From the human T2T-CHM13v2.0 reference genome, Homo sapiens, in the NCBI RefSeq assembly GCF_009914755.1, contig NC_060932.1: a DNA stretch of 64,000 bases. The stretch is one strand, 5' to 3'. Shown one piece after another: positions 50,777 through 64,000 of this stretch; the first letter of the stretch is position 1, and each line of letters starts with the position of its first letter. The position numbers and the translations under genes were made by a program. The notes below the pieces were generated by a model. That model was given only the letters and a program-made list of their open reading frames with translations. It made no database searches and was not told where the DNA came from.

Positions 50777-53348
50777 GTGAGTCATTATTTTGCATTGTTT
50801 CTCTTCTAATTATATAAAATCAAATGCTAATAAATGGAAACTACATTGAATACAATTGAAATAGCATGAGTAAATTACATGATGACTTACAGGTAGAAAA
50901 ACAGATCCTGCGCAAAACATTTTTAAAAATAATTTCTGGGCTGGACGCGGTGGCTCACGCTTGTAATCCAAGCACTTTGGGAGGCTGAAGTGGGTGGATC
51001 ACTTGAGGCCAGGAGTTCGAGACCAGTCTGGCCAACATGGTAAAACCCTGTCTCTACTTAAAATACAAAAAAAAATTAGCTGGGCATGGTGGCGCATGCC
51101 TGTAGTCCCTGCTACTCAAGAGGCTGAGAATTGAGAATTGGTTGAACCCAGGAGGCAGAGGTTGCAGTGAGCCAAAATCTCACCACTGCACTACAGCCTG
51201 GGCAACAGAGCAAGACTTTGTCTCAAAAAAAAAAAATTCTGATTATCAAAGTAATGCATTTTAATGCATACAACTTAAAAAATAAAAGATAAAAATGTAC
51301 GTGAATCAGTAATGTGAGAGGTCATCAAGAATCAATTTTTATGATATCTTTCTTGGTTTGATTTAGAACTATGGTATATTTTCTATGTGAATGGAACATT
51401 ACATTCTGCCTGCTATGTGCTTGGGATACAAAGATAATTATAGCACACTTAATTTCATCAAGTGGATTATAATCTCTGGGTGTAAAAACAGATAATAAGA
51501 ATTCGGCCCTCTGTCCCCTGCTCCCTCCGCTTCCACTTTCTTCAACCTGCCAGCTCTTCCTTCTTTCCCTGTCCTGCCTCCTAAAAAACAAAAATAAATT
51601 TTCATAGGGTGCTGTTAGAACATAGGGAAGGGCTACTCAATTCTGTTTTTCTTTTTCTTTCTTTTTTTTTTCTTTTAGGGACTCAAATAAGGCTTTCCAA
51701 TCTGAGATTGGAAATATATTTAGTTATTAGGCAAATGAAGGGGAAAGAAAGGGTATTCATGGTAGAAGGAATAGACACAGAAGTAGGCAAAGAACATGAT
51801 GTAATCAAAGGGACTGGGAAAAAAGCACAATATATTTAGTTTTCTTGGCACATAAAGTGTGAGGTAGGTAGGGGTGGTCAAGAAATGAGACTGGAGAAGT
51901 GGAGGAAGGTGAGGCCATGGGGTCCCTGGGTGTCATGCTGCGGAGCTGGCTCTCATGCTGTCAGCAGTGGGAAGAAATTGGGATGTGTCTGCCTCATGCA
52001 AAGTGAGAGAGTCAGACTTACATTTTCTATTTGCTCACTCTTACATTTCTGTGAAGGATAGTCCTACAGGCAACAGACTTCAGTCACAGAGGAGGCCAGA
52101 GTGGCTAGAAGTAATTGAAGCTTCAATTTATTGAATGTTCACTATGTCAGGTACTGTTTGAAGCATTTCACATGCTATTTAATCCTAAATTTTCTCTGTT
52201 TTATAGATTAAAAAAAAAAAAAACAAGGCTTTAATTGTTTAAATAACTTACTTGAGATTACCAAGTTTGTAAGTATGGAAATCATGATTCACACCCAGGA
52301 TTTTCTTTTCTCTTTTTTTTTTTTTCTTTTTGAGGCAGAGTCTTACGGTGTCTCCCAGGCTGGAGTGCAGTGGCACAGTCATAGTTCACTTTAGCCTTAA
52401 ACTCCTGGGCTTAAGCAATCCTCCTGCCTCATCCTCCTGAGTAGCTGGGACTTCAGGCACACGCCACCATGCCCAGCTAATTAAAACTTTTTTTTTTTTG
52501 TAGAGACAGGGTCTCACTATGTTGCCCAGGCTGGTCTCAAACTCCTGGACTCAAGCAATCCTCCCACCTTGGCCCCCAAGTTCTGGAATTATAGGTGTGA
52601 GCTACCGCACCCAGCCACGCCCAGGTTTTTCTGACTCAAAAGCCCATTTGATTAATAGTATGCCAGATTGGAATGAAAAAAGTAGTTAAAAGATCAGTAA
52701 GCCTCACTGCTTATTAAGTATGGGGAAATGAGGAAGAGGGAGATAACTTAGATGTTTCCTGGGTTTCTGGTTGGTATGACTGGATCACAGGGTCACTAAA
52801 AGACATGGGACAGTAGGCAGAGCAGGTTTTATTATAGCAGGATGATGATACATTATCTTTAATAATACTTATGTTGTATTTTGCCAGTCTTATTTCAAGG
52901 AGAGTTTATATATTCTTATTTTAACAGACTAGTATACTGATGTATATTAGCTATTTTTCTTGTGTTAATTCATTGTTTTTTTTGTTGTTAGCTTTTCATG
53001 TAGTAGTGTACTATCCTTTGTAAGATCTGTATAACATAAATTTCTGGCAAATTTTTCAAATATCCACTTGCCATTTGAAATATTATTATGAGCATTACCT
53101 TTTTAATGTTCTGCCTTAAATTTTTATAGTAAATGTTTATGTCTCACTTTACTTCCAGCTTAATATCTTTGAAAGTCATTAGTTTTCACCCATCTCATTC
53201 TGTGAACTAGGTTCTATGTTGACTTCATTTTTTTTGAAATTTGTATAACTATAGAGATATATGATTGGTCATAGAATCAGTGTCTATTACCTCTAACGTG
53301 TGTTCTGAAATGTATTTATTTGTAATCCTTTTTGCTTTAATATTTTAG

Positions 53349-53405
53349 GCTCTTATTCTGAGCATGGCCGTGCCTACTATAATAGGTCTCAGCTTATGGA
53401 AAGAG
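53349..53405 (+). CDS. DPY19L4: DPY19L4 exon 15 (57 nt)
   Basis: ttttag|GCTCTT...AAAGAG|gtaaaa; ALILSMAVPTIIGLSLWKE. Confidence 0.93.
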
Positions 53406-54074
53406 GTAAAAAAATTAGATTTTTATATTAATAAAATGTACTTTATCTACAAAGGTAGTGATAAATTTATATGTGTGGGTAGGAAACATGTTGAGACACT
53501 ATCCTAACAAAATAAAATGTAACATTCTTAGTAATGCTTAATTTTTTTTGTTATTAGGAACATTGCAGAAGAGCTAAAACATTTCTAGAATGCCACCTGA
53601 TGCCATTTTCTGCAGTCTAATGCTAGTGTTAATTCAGTTTGTAATTGGCAAAGGAAATTGCTGAGTAAATAGGAATTAATATTAAAACATGTTTTGGTAA
53701 CTCCAAAACTTTATCATCTATGAAATGATATAAATTCTGCAAATTATTGGACCTGAAAATTTATTTATTTATTTAGTATGTATATGCCTGAAAGATGATC
53801 AATTTATTATTGTTTGGTAATGATAAAATTATTTATTGAGTCAAAGCAGTGAATTAACCATAAAATAGATGATTTGGATTGAGAAAAATAAGCAGGCCAT
53901 TGAAGGAAAGCAAAGAGATCCATCATGACATTTTTTCCATGCGAACGGTGTTGTAATATCATTTGCCTTAAGTTAGTCTGTTAGTCTTTTGAAATACTGT
54001 GGAACAGTTTTAAACTTTCTAATTACTGACATACATCTTTTGGGGATTTTTTTTTTTTTTTTTTTGCATTTTAG

Positions 54075-54157
54075 TTTTTTCCCAGATTAATGACAGAATT
54101 AATGGAACTACAGGAATTCTATGACCCAGATACAGTGGAACTTATGACCTGGATAAA
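54075..54157 (+). CDS. DPY19L4: DPY19L4 exon 16 (83 nt)
   Basis: ttttag|TTTTTTCCC...ATAAA|gtaagg; FFPRLMTELMELQEFYDPDTVELMTWI(K). Confidence 0.93.
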
Positions 54158-55072
54158 GTAAGGATTGAAGTGCCCAAGACTATTATTAAGCTATTAATTA
54201 ATCACTGCATGCTATCTAATGAATTCACAGGAAATAATAAATTAATACTTCTCCAAATTTTTTCATAAAACTCAGGCATTTTAGGGATATTTAGATTTTG
54301 GTTGGACTTAGTGATTCTAATTTTCCGCTCATCTCCATGGGCTTGAAAATATAGCATTGGTCGGTATAAGATTTGAAACTGCCATTGTCAAACACTTAGA
54401 AATATGGGATAAAAAAGAAGAGATATCCTTTTATTTAGATACTCAAGAGGATGCTTATTTTGCCCTGTGTTGGAGGTGAATTGTCAGTGGATTATTAGTT
54501 TTGATAACCAGGGGTTTTAGATTTTAATGCCCACACAGGACAGGAGATGTGGTCTTAGGCCTATGGAAGCAGGGAATTGGAATTGAGAACCCCCCAACAC
54601 ACACATGTGTAACTCAGGGACCCTCAAAAGGCTACACTGGCAGTGAAAGGATAGAAGAGCAAAATACCTAGTCAGTGAAAGGATGGAGTAGCAAGATACC
54701 AAGGGGTAGAGAAAGAAGATGAGAAAGCAGATCTCTCTTGCATTCATCTCTTGGTCAAAAAAATTCTCCCCTCTCAATTTATAGCAATGGATCTGAATTC
54801 ATGTGGTTTTATAGTTCGAAATTATACTTGGCTAATGTAATTTGAAATTATGCTTGTCTAATCTAAGAAATCCCAAATTAAGAAATTAACATTAAAAGTG
54901 GTTTGGGGTTGGTCTGGAATGGGTGACAAATCCTCAACCCATGTTATACAGGATTCCATAAGTAAAGTTTCATAAAGGTAAGCTCTGAAATTATAAAACA
55001 CATAAACAGCTCAATGCAGTGTGCGATAAACAGCAGAATTAGACCTCTAGCTATTTCTGATAATAAAATTTA

Positions 55073-55518
55073 TGTCATTTAGGGTTTGCTACATAACAGA
55101 ATGCCACAAAACTTAGTGGCTTACAAACAATAAACATTTGTTATTCCACACCATCTTGAGAATTAGCAGGGTTAGGGTGCTGGGGAGGATTGTTTTGGTC
55201 TGGGCCAGCTCCACTGGGACTGGATAGTCTAGGGTTGGCTATGTGTCAGCTGAGGGGATCAAATTTACTTGGCCCTCTGTCTCTCATCATCTAGCAGGTT
55301 AACTTGGGCTTGTTTACAAGGTAGTTGTAGAATTCCCAAGAGCAGCAAGAGAGGGCAATTCTCAATGTCAAGCATGTTTTAAGTCACTGCTTACACGGTG
55401 CTTACTATTGTCCTATTGGCCAAAGCAAGTCACATGATTAATACTAGCATTCCCTCCAAGACCATGACCATAGGGAGAGGAATTACTGTGGCCATTTTTG
55501 TAACCAGTCTATTCCATG
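55073..55518 (-). mobile_element. Old MLT1-family LTR
   Basis: tgctacataaca...aaaacttagtggcttacaaacaataaacatt...cctattggccaaagcaagtcacatg. Confidence 0.65.
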
Positions 55519-56659
55519 GATGGAGACTATGAAATAACTACATTGAAATTTATTAAAGACATAAAAGAAGATAAGAAAACATGAAAAAGTGATGAAATAC
55601 TATCAAAAAAGACCAGAAAAATATGGGAAAAAAGACAAAAAGTGTTTCTAGAAATTTAAAATTGGTTTATAGAATAGGTATATAGAAACAAGAATAGATT
55701 TTATTATAATGTCTTGTTACTATAACATATCTTCTATTTTATACAAATAGTTTTCTTTAGATCACCCTTAACTATTACCCATTAATACTTTTTGTAAATT
55801 CTGTTTTCTATTGTTGAACACTGCCTTGTGTTATCATTAACAAAAGAGGACGTTACATCTCTGTATGATTTACCACAGTATTTTCAAAGACAGCAAAGGC
55901 CCAAACAATTACCTATTGAATATTTATGTTACTGGGTACAATTACTGTGTTTTGTATCTGTTTCCTCACTATTGAGGACAGTGGCCATATATGCCATCTC
56001 TTTATTTCAATAGCCGGGCACTATCCCTAGCGCATAGAGGTGGGTGCTTAATGTTAAATTTAGACAGTGAATAAATAAGTGAATGTATTACAACAGCCCT
56101 TTGGGACCTGCTTGTAGGTTTTCCACTTTGCAAGTAGCATCTGTCTGGGACTTGGGATAATGATTCAGAGTGGAGGAGTCCTATATGTTCTGCCTGGAGA
56201 CAGACACATGGGTAAAGACAGTGAAGGAGCAGGAGGAGAGGTGGATTTGGAAGAAGCTGGGTTGTAGGTGGTTAATTTGCAAAAGATGGAGTTGAGAATT
56301 CACAGTATCATCACTGAACTAGCCACCTTATCTAAAATAATATATTCTTGTTACTATCCCCTTACTCTGCATTATTTTTAATCATATTATTACCACCCAA
56401 TATATGTGTTTACTTCTTATTGTCTTCCCCCTGCTCCCTCTTTTTAGAAAAGTTTCTATATCTTCAGCACAGTGTCTGCTGCATAGTTAGGTGCCCAATT
56501 TTTTTGAATGAATCCATGAATGAAATGAAATGAAAACTGGCATTGAAACTGAAATGTGTAAACATTGTAAGTTGTCTGGTATTTCAGAGTTGATATAGAT
56601 CAGTGATCTAAATAGTATACTTGCCTTTTCAGTGTGCAAATCTTTATGGTTCTTTGCAG

Positions 56660-56792
56660 AAGGCAAGCTCCAGTTGCAGCTGTGTTTGCAGGGAGTCCAC
56701 AGTTAATGGGTGCGATTAAATTATGCACTGGATGGATGGTGACAAGTTTGCCTCTTTACAATGATGATGATCTTCTCAAGAGAAATGAAAAT
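56660..56792 (+). CDS. DPY19L4: DPY19L4 exon 17 (133 nt)
   Basis: ttgcag|AAGGCAA...GAAAAT|gtaaga; [44 protein letters not shown]. Confidence 0.95.
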
Positions 56793-57078
56793 GTAAGACA
56801 TTTTAAATTCTACATTTGGATCTCTTTTCCAGCACTTTGTATTTTAGCATAGTCTGCAGTATACATATGCTTCTAGGTAGCTAGGAAAGTCCAAACAATT
56901 TTAGAAGAGTTAATTAACTTCCATTTTAAAAAACCTTTATAATTAATAATACAGTTAACCAAGAGGAGACCCAAAATTAAAATACTAAGTTCTTTGTTTT
57001 ATGAATAATACTGATATGTTTCTAGGAAAAATACTTAATTTTCCACAAAGTATCAAGGGACCTAATGTGTAATATTTT

Positions 57079-57719
<641 letters not shown>

Positions 57720-58044
57720 CTCAATCAAATTTTTAAAAGAAGGCTGTCAATTAATGTCTTGGTACTACATTTTGTCTTTCTCAGCTAAAGTTCTATTATT
57801 GCTTATAAAACACTAATTTATTTTTTAATAAATGGGCAGTTATTGACTCAGTATAACATTAGAATGGTATCTAATTAATTATAGTTTAGATAATGTCTTA
57901 TTTTGAATGTTTGGTATGGATTTAAATGGTAACTTCATATCTGAAAGCAATGATCAACTGAACATGAGTTCCCAATATTCTGTTTTTCAATTTTAGATAA
58001 TTTCATAGAGTTTTTAAGCATATTCTAAGTTAAGGAAGAAATAC

Positions 58045-58255
58045 AGTAATATAGAGATTAAGAATGCAGACTCAGAAATTTGAGTACCTGAACCCAAATG
58101 CTAGCTCTGCTGTGTATTAGCTTCGTGACCTTAAGCGAGTTACTAAATCTCGAGATTAAGTGAGAATAATAGTTCTCACCTCCTACTTGTGAGAATTAAA
58201 TGAGATAATGTACAATGCCTGAAACACAGTAAAATTTTAAAGTTTGCTATTATGT
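58045..58255 (+). mobile_element. MIR
   Basis: gtgaccttaagcgagttactaaatctc...ttgtgagaattaaatgagataatg. Confidence 0.65.
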
Positions 58256-59124
58256 TATTATTCTGTACTATTAAGTGGTTGTTGCATGCATACACATATA
58301 CATAGACACACACAAGGTACAAAGAGGAGTAAAAAAGCAGGAACAATCGAACAATTCCGCCTACAAAAGTCTAAGAAGTTGTCATAAAAGGCAGTCCCTT
58401 GATCTGGGCTTTGAAGAATGATTAGAAACTTGTTTGGAAAAGAAATATATATGATTCCAGGCTGAAAAAGTAACATGAGCCAAGGAATTTGTATAGTCTT
58501 GAAACTAGGAAAGAAAATGAGGCAGAATTCTGACAGACCTGGAATGTCATGCTGAAAAATTTAGACTTATCCTTGAGGCAGTTAAGAGACATGACTTTTA
58601 GTAAACCTGGCAGTCGAATGATTAGATCTGCTTTGGAGAGTTAATTATGGTCATGGCAGAAAGAACAGATTGAAGCAGGCAGGGGAGAGATCAGAGATGG
58701 GGAGATCTACCTGAGAATGATTTCCTTGAGAGACAGCAGCCATCTCTGATGAGTATTTGCTGCACCTCCAAAAGATAGAGTTGCTTAGGCAGAATATAGA
58801 CAGCATATTCCTGAATTTTATTTTTTGTGGATTTAAAACAACAAACTCTGTGACTTTGTTTTCTTTGATTGGTCTTTTTCTAATATGGAATTTCAGAATT
58901 ACTTGTAATTAGGTCAGAGTTCTATTTAGGTTCTAATTTAAACATTTTAGAGTTTTAAGTTTTATGTAACTTGTCTATGAGAATAGTAACCATGGTTTTT
59001 GAAACCTTTGTCTTTCTCTATGGTATGTAGTACATAGCAGGTATTGAGTAAATTTGTTGTTAAGCTAAAATCCAAACTGAACTCCATAAATGAGACCATA
59101 TCATTTATTTATTTTTTAATTTTA

Positions 59125-59870
<746 letters not shown>

Positions 59871-59905
59871 TAATATGTGGCTAATCCTTATATAATCCCC
59901 TGGGC

Positions 59906-60129
59906 CAGTGATTCTTAACCTGGGAGAATTGTTCCCCGAGGGGACATTTGGCAGTGTCTGGAGACATTTTTGGTTGTCTCAATGTCATAACTGGAAGAGG
60001 GGTTCTACGAGCATCTTGTGGGTAGAGACCAGGAATGCTGATCTACATTGCAGAGAACATCCTCCCTTGTGTCCCAACAAAGAATGATCTGGCCTAAAAT
60101 GTGAATAGTGCCAAGGTTGAGAAACTGTG
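59906..60129 (+). mobile_element. MER20 DNA transposon relic
   Basis: cagtgattcttaacctggg...ggggacatttggcagtgtctggagacatttttggttgtc...aatagtgccaaggttgagaaac. Confidence 0.85.
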
Positions 60130-60829
60130 CTGTAGGCTATCAGTAATGTTGTTACAATCGCATAGAAGTGGTTTTTTTTTAATGCCCCAATAGTATGTTT
60201 CAGTTTCTTAACACTTAAAAATAAATAAAATTGTAAATAACTATGAATAGGTATAGGCTAGATAGGATAGAACCATTCCCACTGAAACGTATTTAGTGTA
60301 GTGAAATGAGGGAGACACTTCCTCTTGATGTATTGGCATTCTGTGTGCCACAGAATGTTGAAGGTGGGTATTCCTAGCATGTCAGTGGACGTGGGAACTG
60401 AAGGTACTAGATAGGCAGCTATGGTGACAGGTAGGAGGCAGCTACTGGATATTCTGCAAATAGATTGGAATCTTATTCATTCTAGATTTCAAATCTCAGT
60501 ATTTTCAGGACAAATAGTATATGATACTATGGGCCTAATATTTGTGGTTTTACTACTTTTTGAAGGATATCAAGAGTTGATCCAATATTAACATTTCAGA
60601 AAGACTGAAAAGCTTTATTATCTAATAAGATCCAGAGCTTATTATCTAATAAGTTCAGAAAAATTATAGTAAAAAGCACCACATAATCCAAACATGAGTT
60701 TTGATATATAGATGAATATTTACATTTATTTATAAAAATAAATATATTTTTCATATATAATCGTACTTAGAACACAGTAGATGCTTGATGTATAGTTTCA
60801 ATTTACTGAAGTTTTAAATGTCCTTTAAA

Positions 60830-60879
60830 TTTTATTTTAATTATATTCTTTCAGTTTTATTTTAATTATATTCTTTCAG
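60830..60879 (+). repeat. Perfect 2 x 25-bp tandem repeat comprising the exon 18 splice acceptor
   Basis: ttttattttaattatattctttcag at 60830-60854 and 60855-60879. Confidence 0.97.
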
Positions 60880-61038
60880 ATCTACCAAATCTATTCAAAG
60901 CGATCTGCTGAGGATATTTATAAAATACTGACATCTTACAAAGCTAATTACCTAATTGTAGAGGATGCTATCTGCAATGAGGTGGGACCCATGAGAGGCT
61001 GTAGGGTTAAAGATTTATTAGACATTGCAAATGGCCAC
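60880..61038 (+). CDS. DPY19L4: DPY19L4 exon 18 (159 nt)
   Basis: tttcag|ATCTAC...GGCCAC|gtaagt; [32 protein letters not shown]...DIANGH; only the downstream of two identical acceptors keeps the frame. Confidence 0.94.
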
Positions 61039-62727
61039 GTAAGTAACCATTTGGAAAGTTATATATATGTATATATATATATATTTTTTTTAGAAAAATG
61101 ACTTTAAACTTATAATCTTTAAACTTTATTTTTAGAACTTAACTAAGAATATAATTGAGTTATGTAATAATGGGGAAAGCTTCTTAAAAGTAGTTTGGAG
61201 TATTTTTTCAACATACAAAAGAAAATCTGGGCATTTTTGCAAAAATAATAAAAAATAATAATGGTATTACCAATACTGGAATTCCTTATTCATTGCCTGT
61301 ACTTATTCAGGTTTCAACATTCATAAACAAAAGATGGCATAATTTGATTTGAATGATGATTTTATTTTATTATAATAATCTAAAGAGCAACTGGTTACCT
61401 TGTTATATTCTTATGTTGAGAAATTTCTTGTAATTTGATTCATATCTAGAAAAATTGCATGCTAAATTAACACAGTGCCTGTACATTGAGTCCCTATTAT
61501 CCACAAAAACGAATGTATTAAAAGCCATGTTAGTTGTTAGGACTTGGCTGTATCTTAATTTCTATATTGATTTCGGCTGTTTTACCAAGCTGTGTTTTCC
61601 ACAAGAAGACCACCTAAGACTGACGCGCGCGCGCATGTGTCTTCCCCCCCAGCCCCCATGGCCTTCCAATGAAGGCAGTGTGTATATCTGAGACTTAATG
61701 CTAGCTGGAATGGATTCTTGACTCCTGAGAAAGCTGGGAGTGAGGGATCATAAGAAAAGTTTAGTAAGTCATTGTAAGTGGTAGTAGATATACTATTCAG
61801 GTTGCAGCCAAGATTTTTTCTGTCTTTTCCTAAATAATCATAGCTCTTTGTCTTATCCAAGATCAGTTTGGAGGTAAGAAATTACTTTTTGTGATTTCTA
61901 CTTATCTTTTCCTCATGACCCCTTAATCTTGTAATATAAACTTACTCTGTTTTATGGTACATGTATTTTGAATTTCTCTGTTGGTACTTAGTGGCTGTGA
62001 TCTTTGGTTTACTGGTGACACAAATGGAATTTTATGAAGCCTCGGGTACAGTTTCAGTAATTGGTGCTGTCTTGCTATCTGCTCTCTGAAGCCTTTCTAT
62101 TCTGCTCTGATACCCACTTTTCTGCTGTTTTGAAGATCAGCTTACTTCTCCTTTCATGTCATGCCTGGCATGGACTTAAGCTAATCCATCCTTTTAAAGT
62201 TGGCTATCTGACATCTTTCATAGCCATTAAAATATTACTTAATTTTTTTTATAAAAACTTCTTCAAGCTAACTAAGCTATCTTAGTGAACATCATTCGGT
62301 GAAATTGTAAAGGTCTGCACTAAGTCACGAAAGTTTCCTTGCTTACTAAATAATTCTACACGAGAAGAGTGAATATATTTAGGAATATAATATGTTCATT
62401 TCTCAGCCTTGGTAGGGTGCATGATAAGGTCTTCGGAGCGATGATAATGGATTATGGAAACACTGCCTTCTAAATTTTAGGATTAAATCTTTTAAAAATT
62501 GGAAACCTTTGTGCTGGTTTCTCAGTGTCAATGAGAAGTTCAGGAGTATAGTGGGCATGGTGACTCACTTATGAAGAAGGCTTCTATTTGCTAACAGTGA
62601 GATGTTTTATAGACAATGTTTAGCAATAATGTGTTTTTTCATATAAATATACTCATTTGTATATTGATTGCATTTCTGCTATAAGCTTAATAAGCTTTTT
62701 AATATTATGTTTTATATCTTTTAATAG

Positions 62728-62892
62728 ATGGTTTGTGAAGAAGGTGACAAGCTAACCTACTCAAAATATGGGCGATTTTGTCATGAGGTCAAAATTAACT
62801 ATTCTCCATATGTGAATTATTTCACTAGAGTATACTGGAACAGATCCTACTTTGTATATAAAATCAACACTGTGATATCCTTCCAGTCTTGA
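62728..62892 (+). CDS. DPY19L4: DPY19L4 exon 19, coding part to the stop codon
   Basis: taatag|ATGGTT...CAGTCTTGA; [22 protein letters not shown]...TVISFQS*. Confidence 0.95.
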
Positions 62893-64000
62893 AAAATAAC
62901 AGAGCCTTCATTTCAAAGACTACCTGAAGTAAAATGCAGTTTTCTTCTACCTACTCGGTGTCTTTTGCAGATCAGAGTATGGACATTTGAAATATTGCTG
63001 CTTCTTTCCCCCTTCTGCTGTTAACTGGATCCAGAGTTCTGTGGGAAATAGAAGATCAAGCATTACTGTCCTTTGATTAAATGTGATATCTACCACTCTG
63101 CAATATTCCAGACAGGTGTCTTCCTTACCGTTACATGGTCTTTAACACTTTTACTGATTGCAATATTTTCCCCATAAAATCTTCATTCTATTATAATATT
63201 GATCTTGAATTTGAATATGTGCAAGGTCAGATACATTTCTCAAACATAACATTTAATAAATAATGTGATATAATTATTTAATAGAAAGAATAATTCCGAC
63301 CTTCAAGCAAGTTTCTGAAGGTATTTTATGATGTATAACAACTGAAGTTTTACAATAAAAACTAATTTAAATGTTAGCTGAAGATATGTGGCATTTAAAT
63401 TAAAATGGAAATTATATAAAGGAAAGTGATTTTTAAGGATATACATAAAGATATATTTAGAATTTTCATGATACTGTTCTCCTCATCTACTGCTTATGTT
63501 AAGTGAGAACTTTCTTAGTAATACATAATGCATGATGTTACTGCATTTTCTAAATGACTAGTAAGTGATTAGTTTTTTCACTTATGCCTATTAATTTGAT
63601 ACCAATTTAATCATGATAAAACAATAACCGTTAACATATATTTTGTTAAATGGACATTTAAAAGAATGTTGTTCAGGTTTTTTTTTTAAATACTGATATG
63701 GGGCATACAATCTATTCACATGTTTTCTACTGAAGTACTAAGTAAAAAAATTAAATCATTATCAGAATAAAAATATGTGTTCTAAAATTAGCAACAATTT
63801 CTGGGGATACATGCAGATGTTGTTAAACGTACCTCTGCATACAGATATATTATAAAACACAAGCAATGTTATTTATGAAACTGTGATGCAGTCTTCAACA
63901 TCAAGAAAAAATGACAACTATAATAAAATTTACAACACAGTTTCACAGTCTAAATGCTATGTTCCTTTAAGTATTTTCATATTTTTAATCATTTATTAAG
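62893..64000 (+). other. DPY19L4: DPY19L4 3' UTR (AT-rich; true end not determinable here)
   Basis: Follows the stop codon; repeat-free and AT-rich. Confidence 0.75.
63255..63927 (+). terminator. Candidate polyadenylation signals AATAAA at 63255, 63354, 63766 and 63922
   Basis: Canonical hexamers in the 3' UTR; which are used cannot be told from sequence. Confidence 0.45.

Noticed and set aside
60611-60658. 24-bp-period duplication of ttattatctaataag
   Set aside because: Real but an ordinary micro-duplication with no evident consequence; used only as context for the intron 17 cluster.
62415-62455. atgat...cttcgg...atgat as a possible intronic box C/D snoRNA
   Set aside because: No canonical RTGATGA/CTGA box pair with a terminal stem.
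62941-62975. Acceptor-like tcttttgcag in the 3' UTR
   Set aside because: Common motif; no upstream donor or other support for its use.

Overview
Human (primate) genomic DNA, very Alu-dense (roughly 70 Alu copies, about a third of the window). It holds the 3' 17 coding exons (exons 3-19, assuming two exons upstream of the window) and the proximal 3' UTR of DPY19L4, a multi-pass membrane DPY-19-family probable C-mannosyltransferase, on the + strand. All 17 exons have GT-AG boundaries and join into one open frame (2045 nt; stop TGA at 62890-62892). The introns contain many Alus, solo LTRs (LTR12-family, LTR22-like, THE1, MLT1, MER21), DNA transposon relics (MER1B, MER20, MER33, MER5, HSMAR2) and L1/L2/MIR fragments. 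Nearly all ORFs in the supplied track are Alu artefacts. I see no convincing new biological system. The best oddities are a perfect 25-bp tandem duplication of the exon 18 splice acceptor, a 95-bp locally templated insertion inside an Alu, a ~145-bp direct repeat bracketing exon 8, a candidate LTR-derived alternative last exon, an antisense CCAAT-rich LTR12 inside an Alu, and inverted Alus tightly flanking exons 4-6. Repeat subfamily calls and the gene name come from recognition, not a database search, and repeat boundaries are approximate unless a target-site duplication (TSD) is given.
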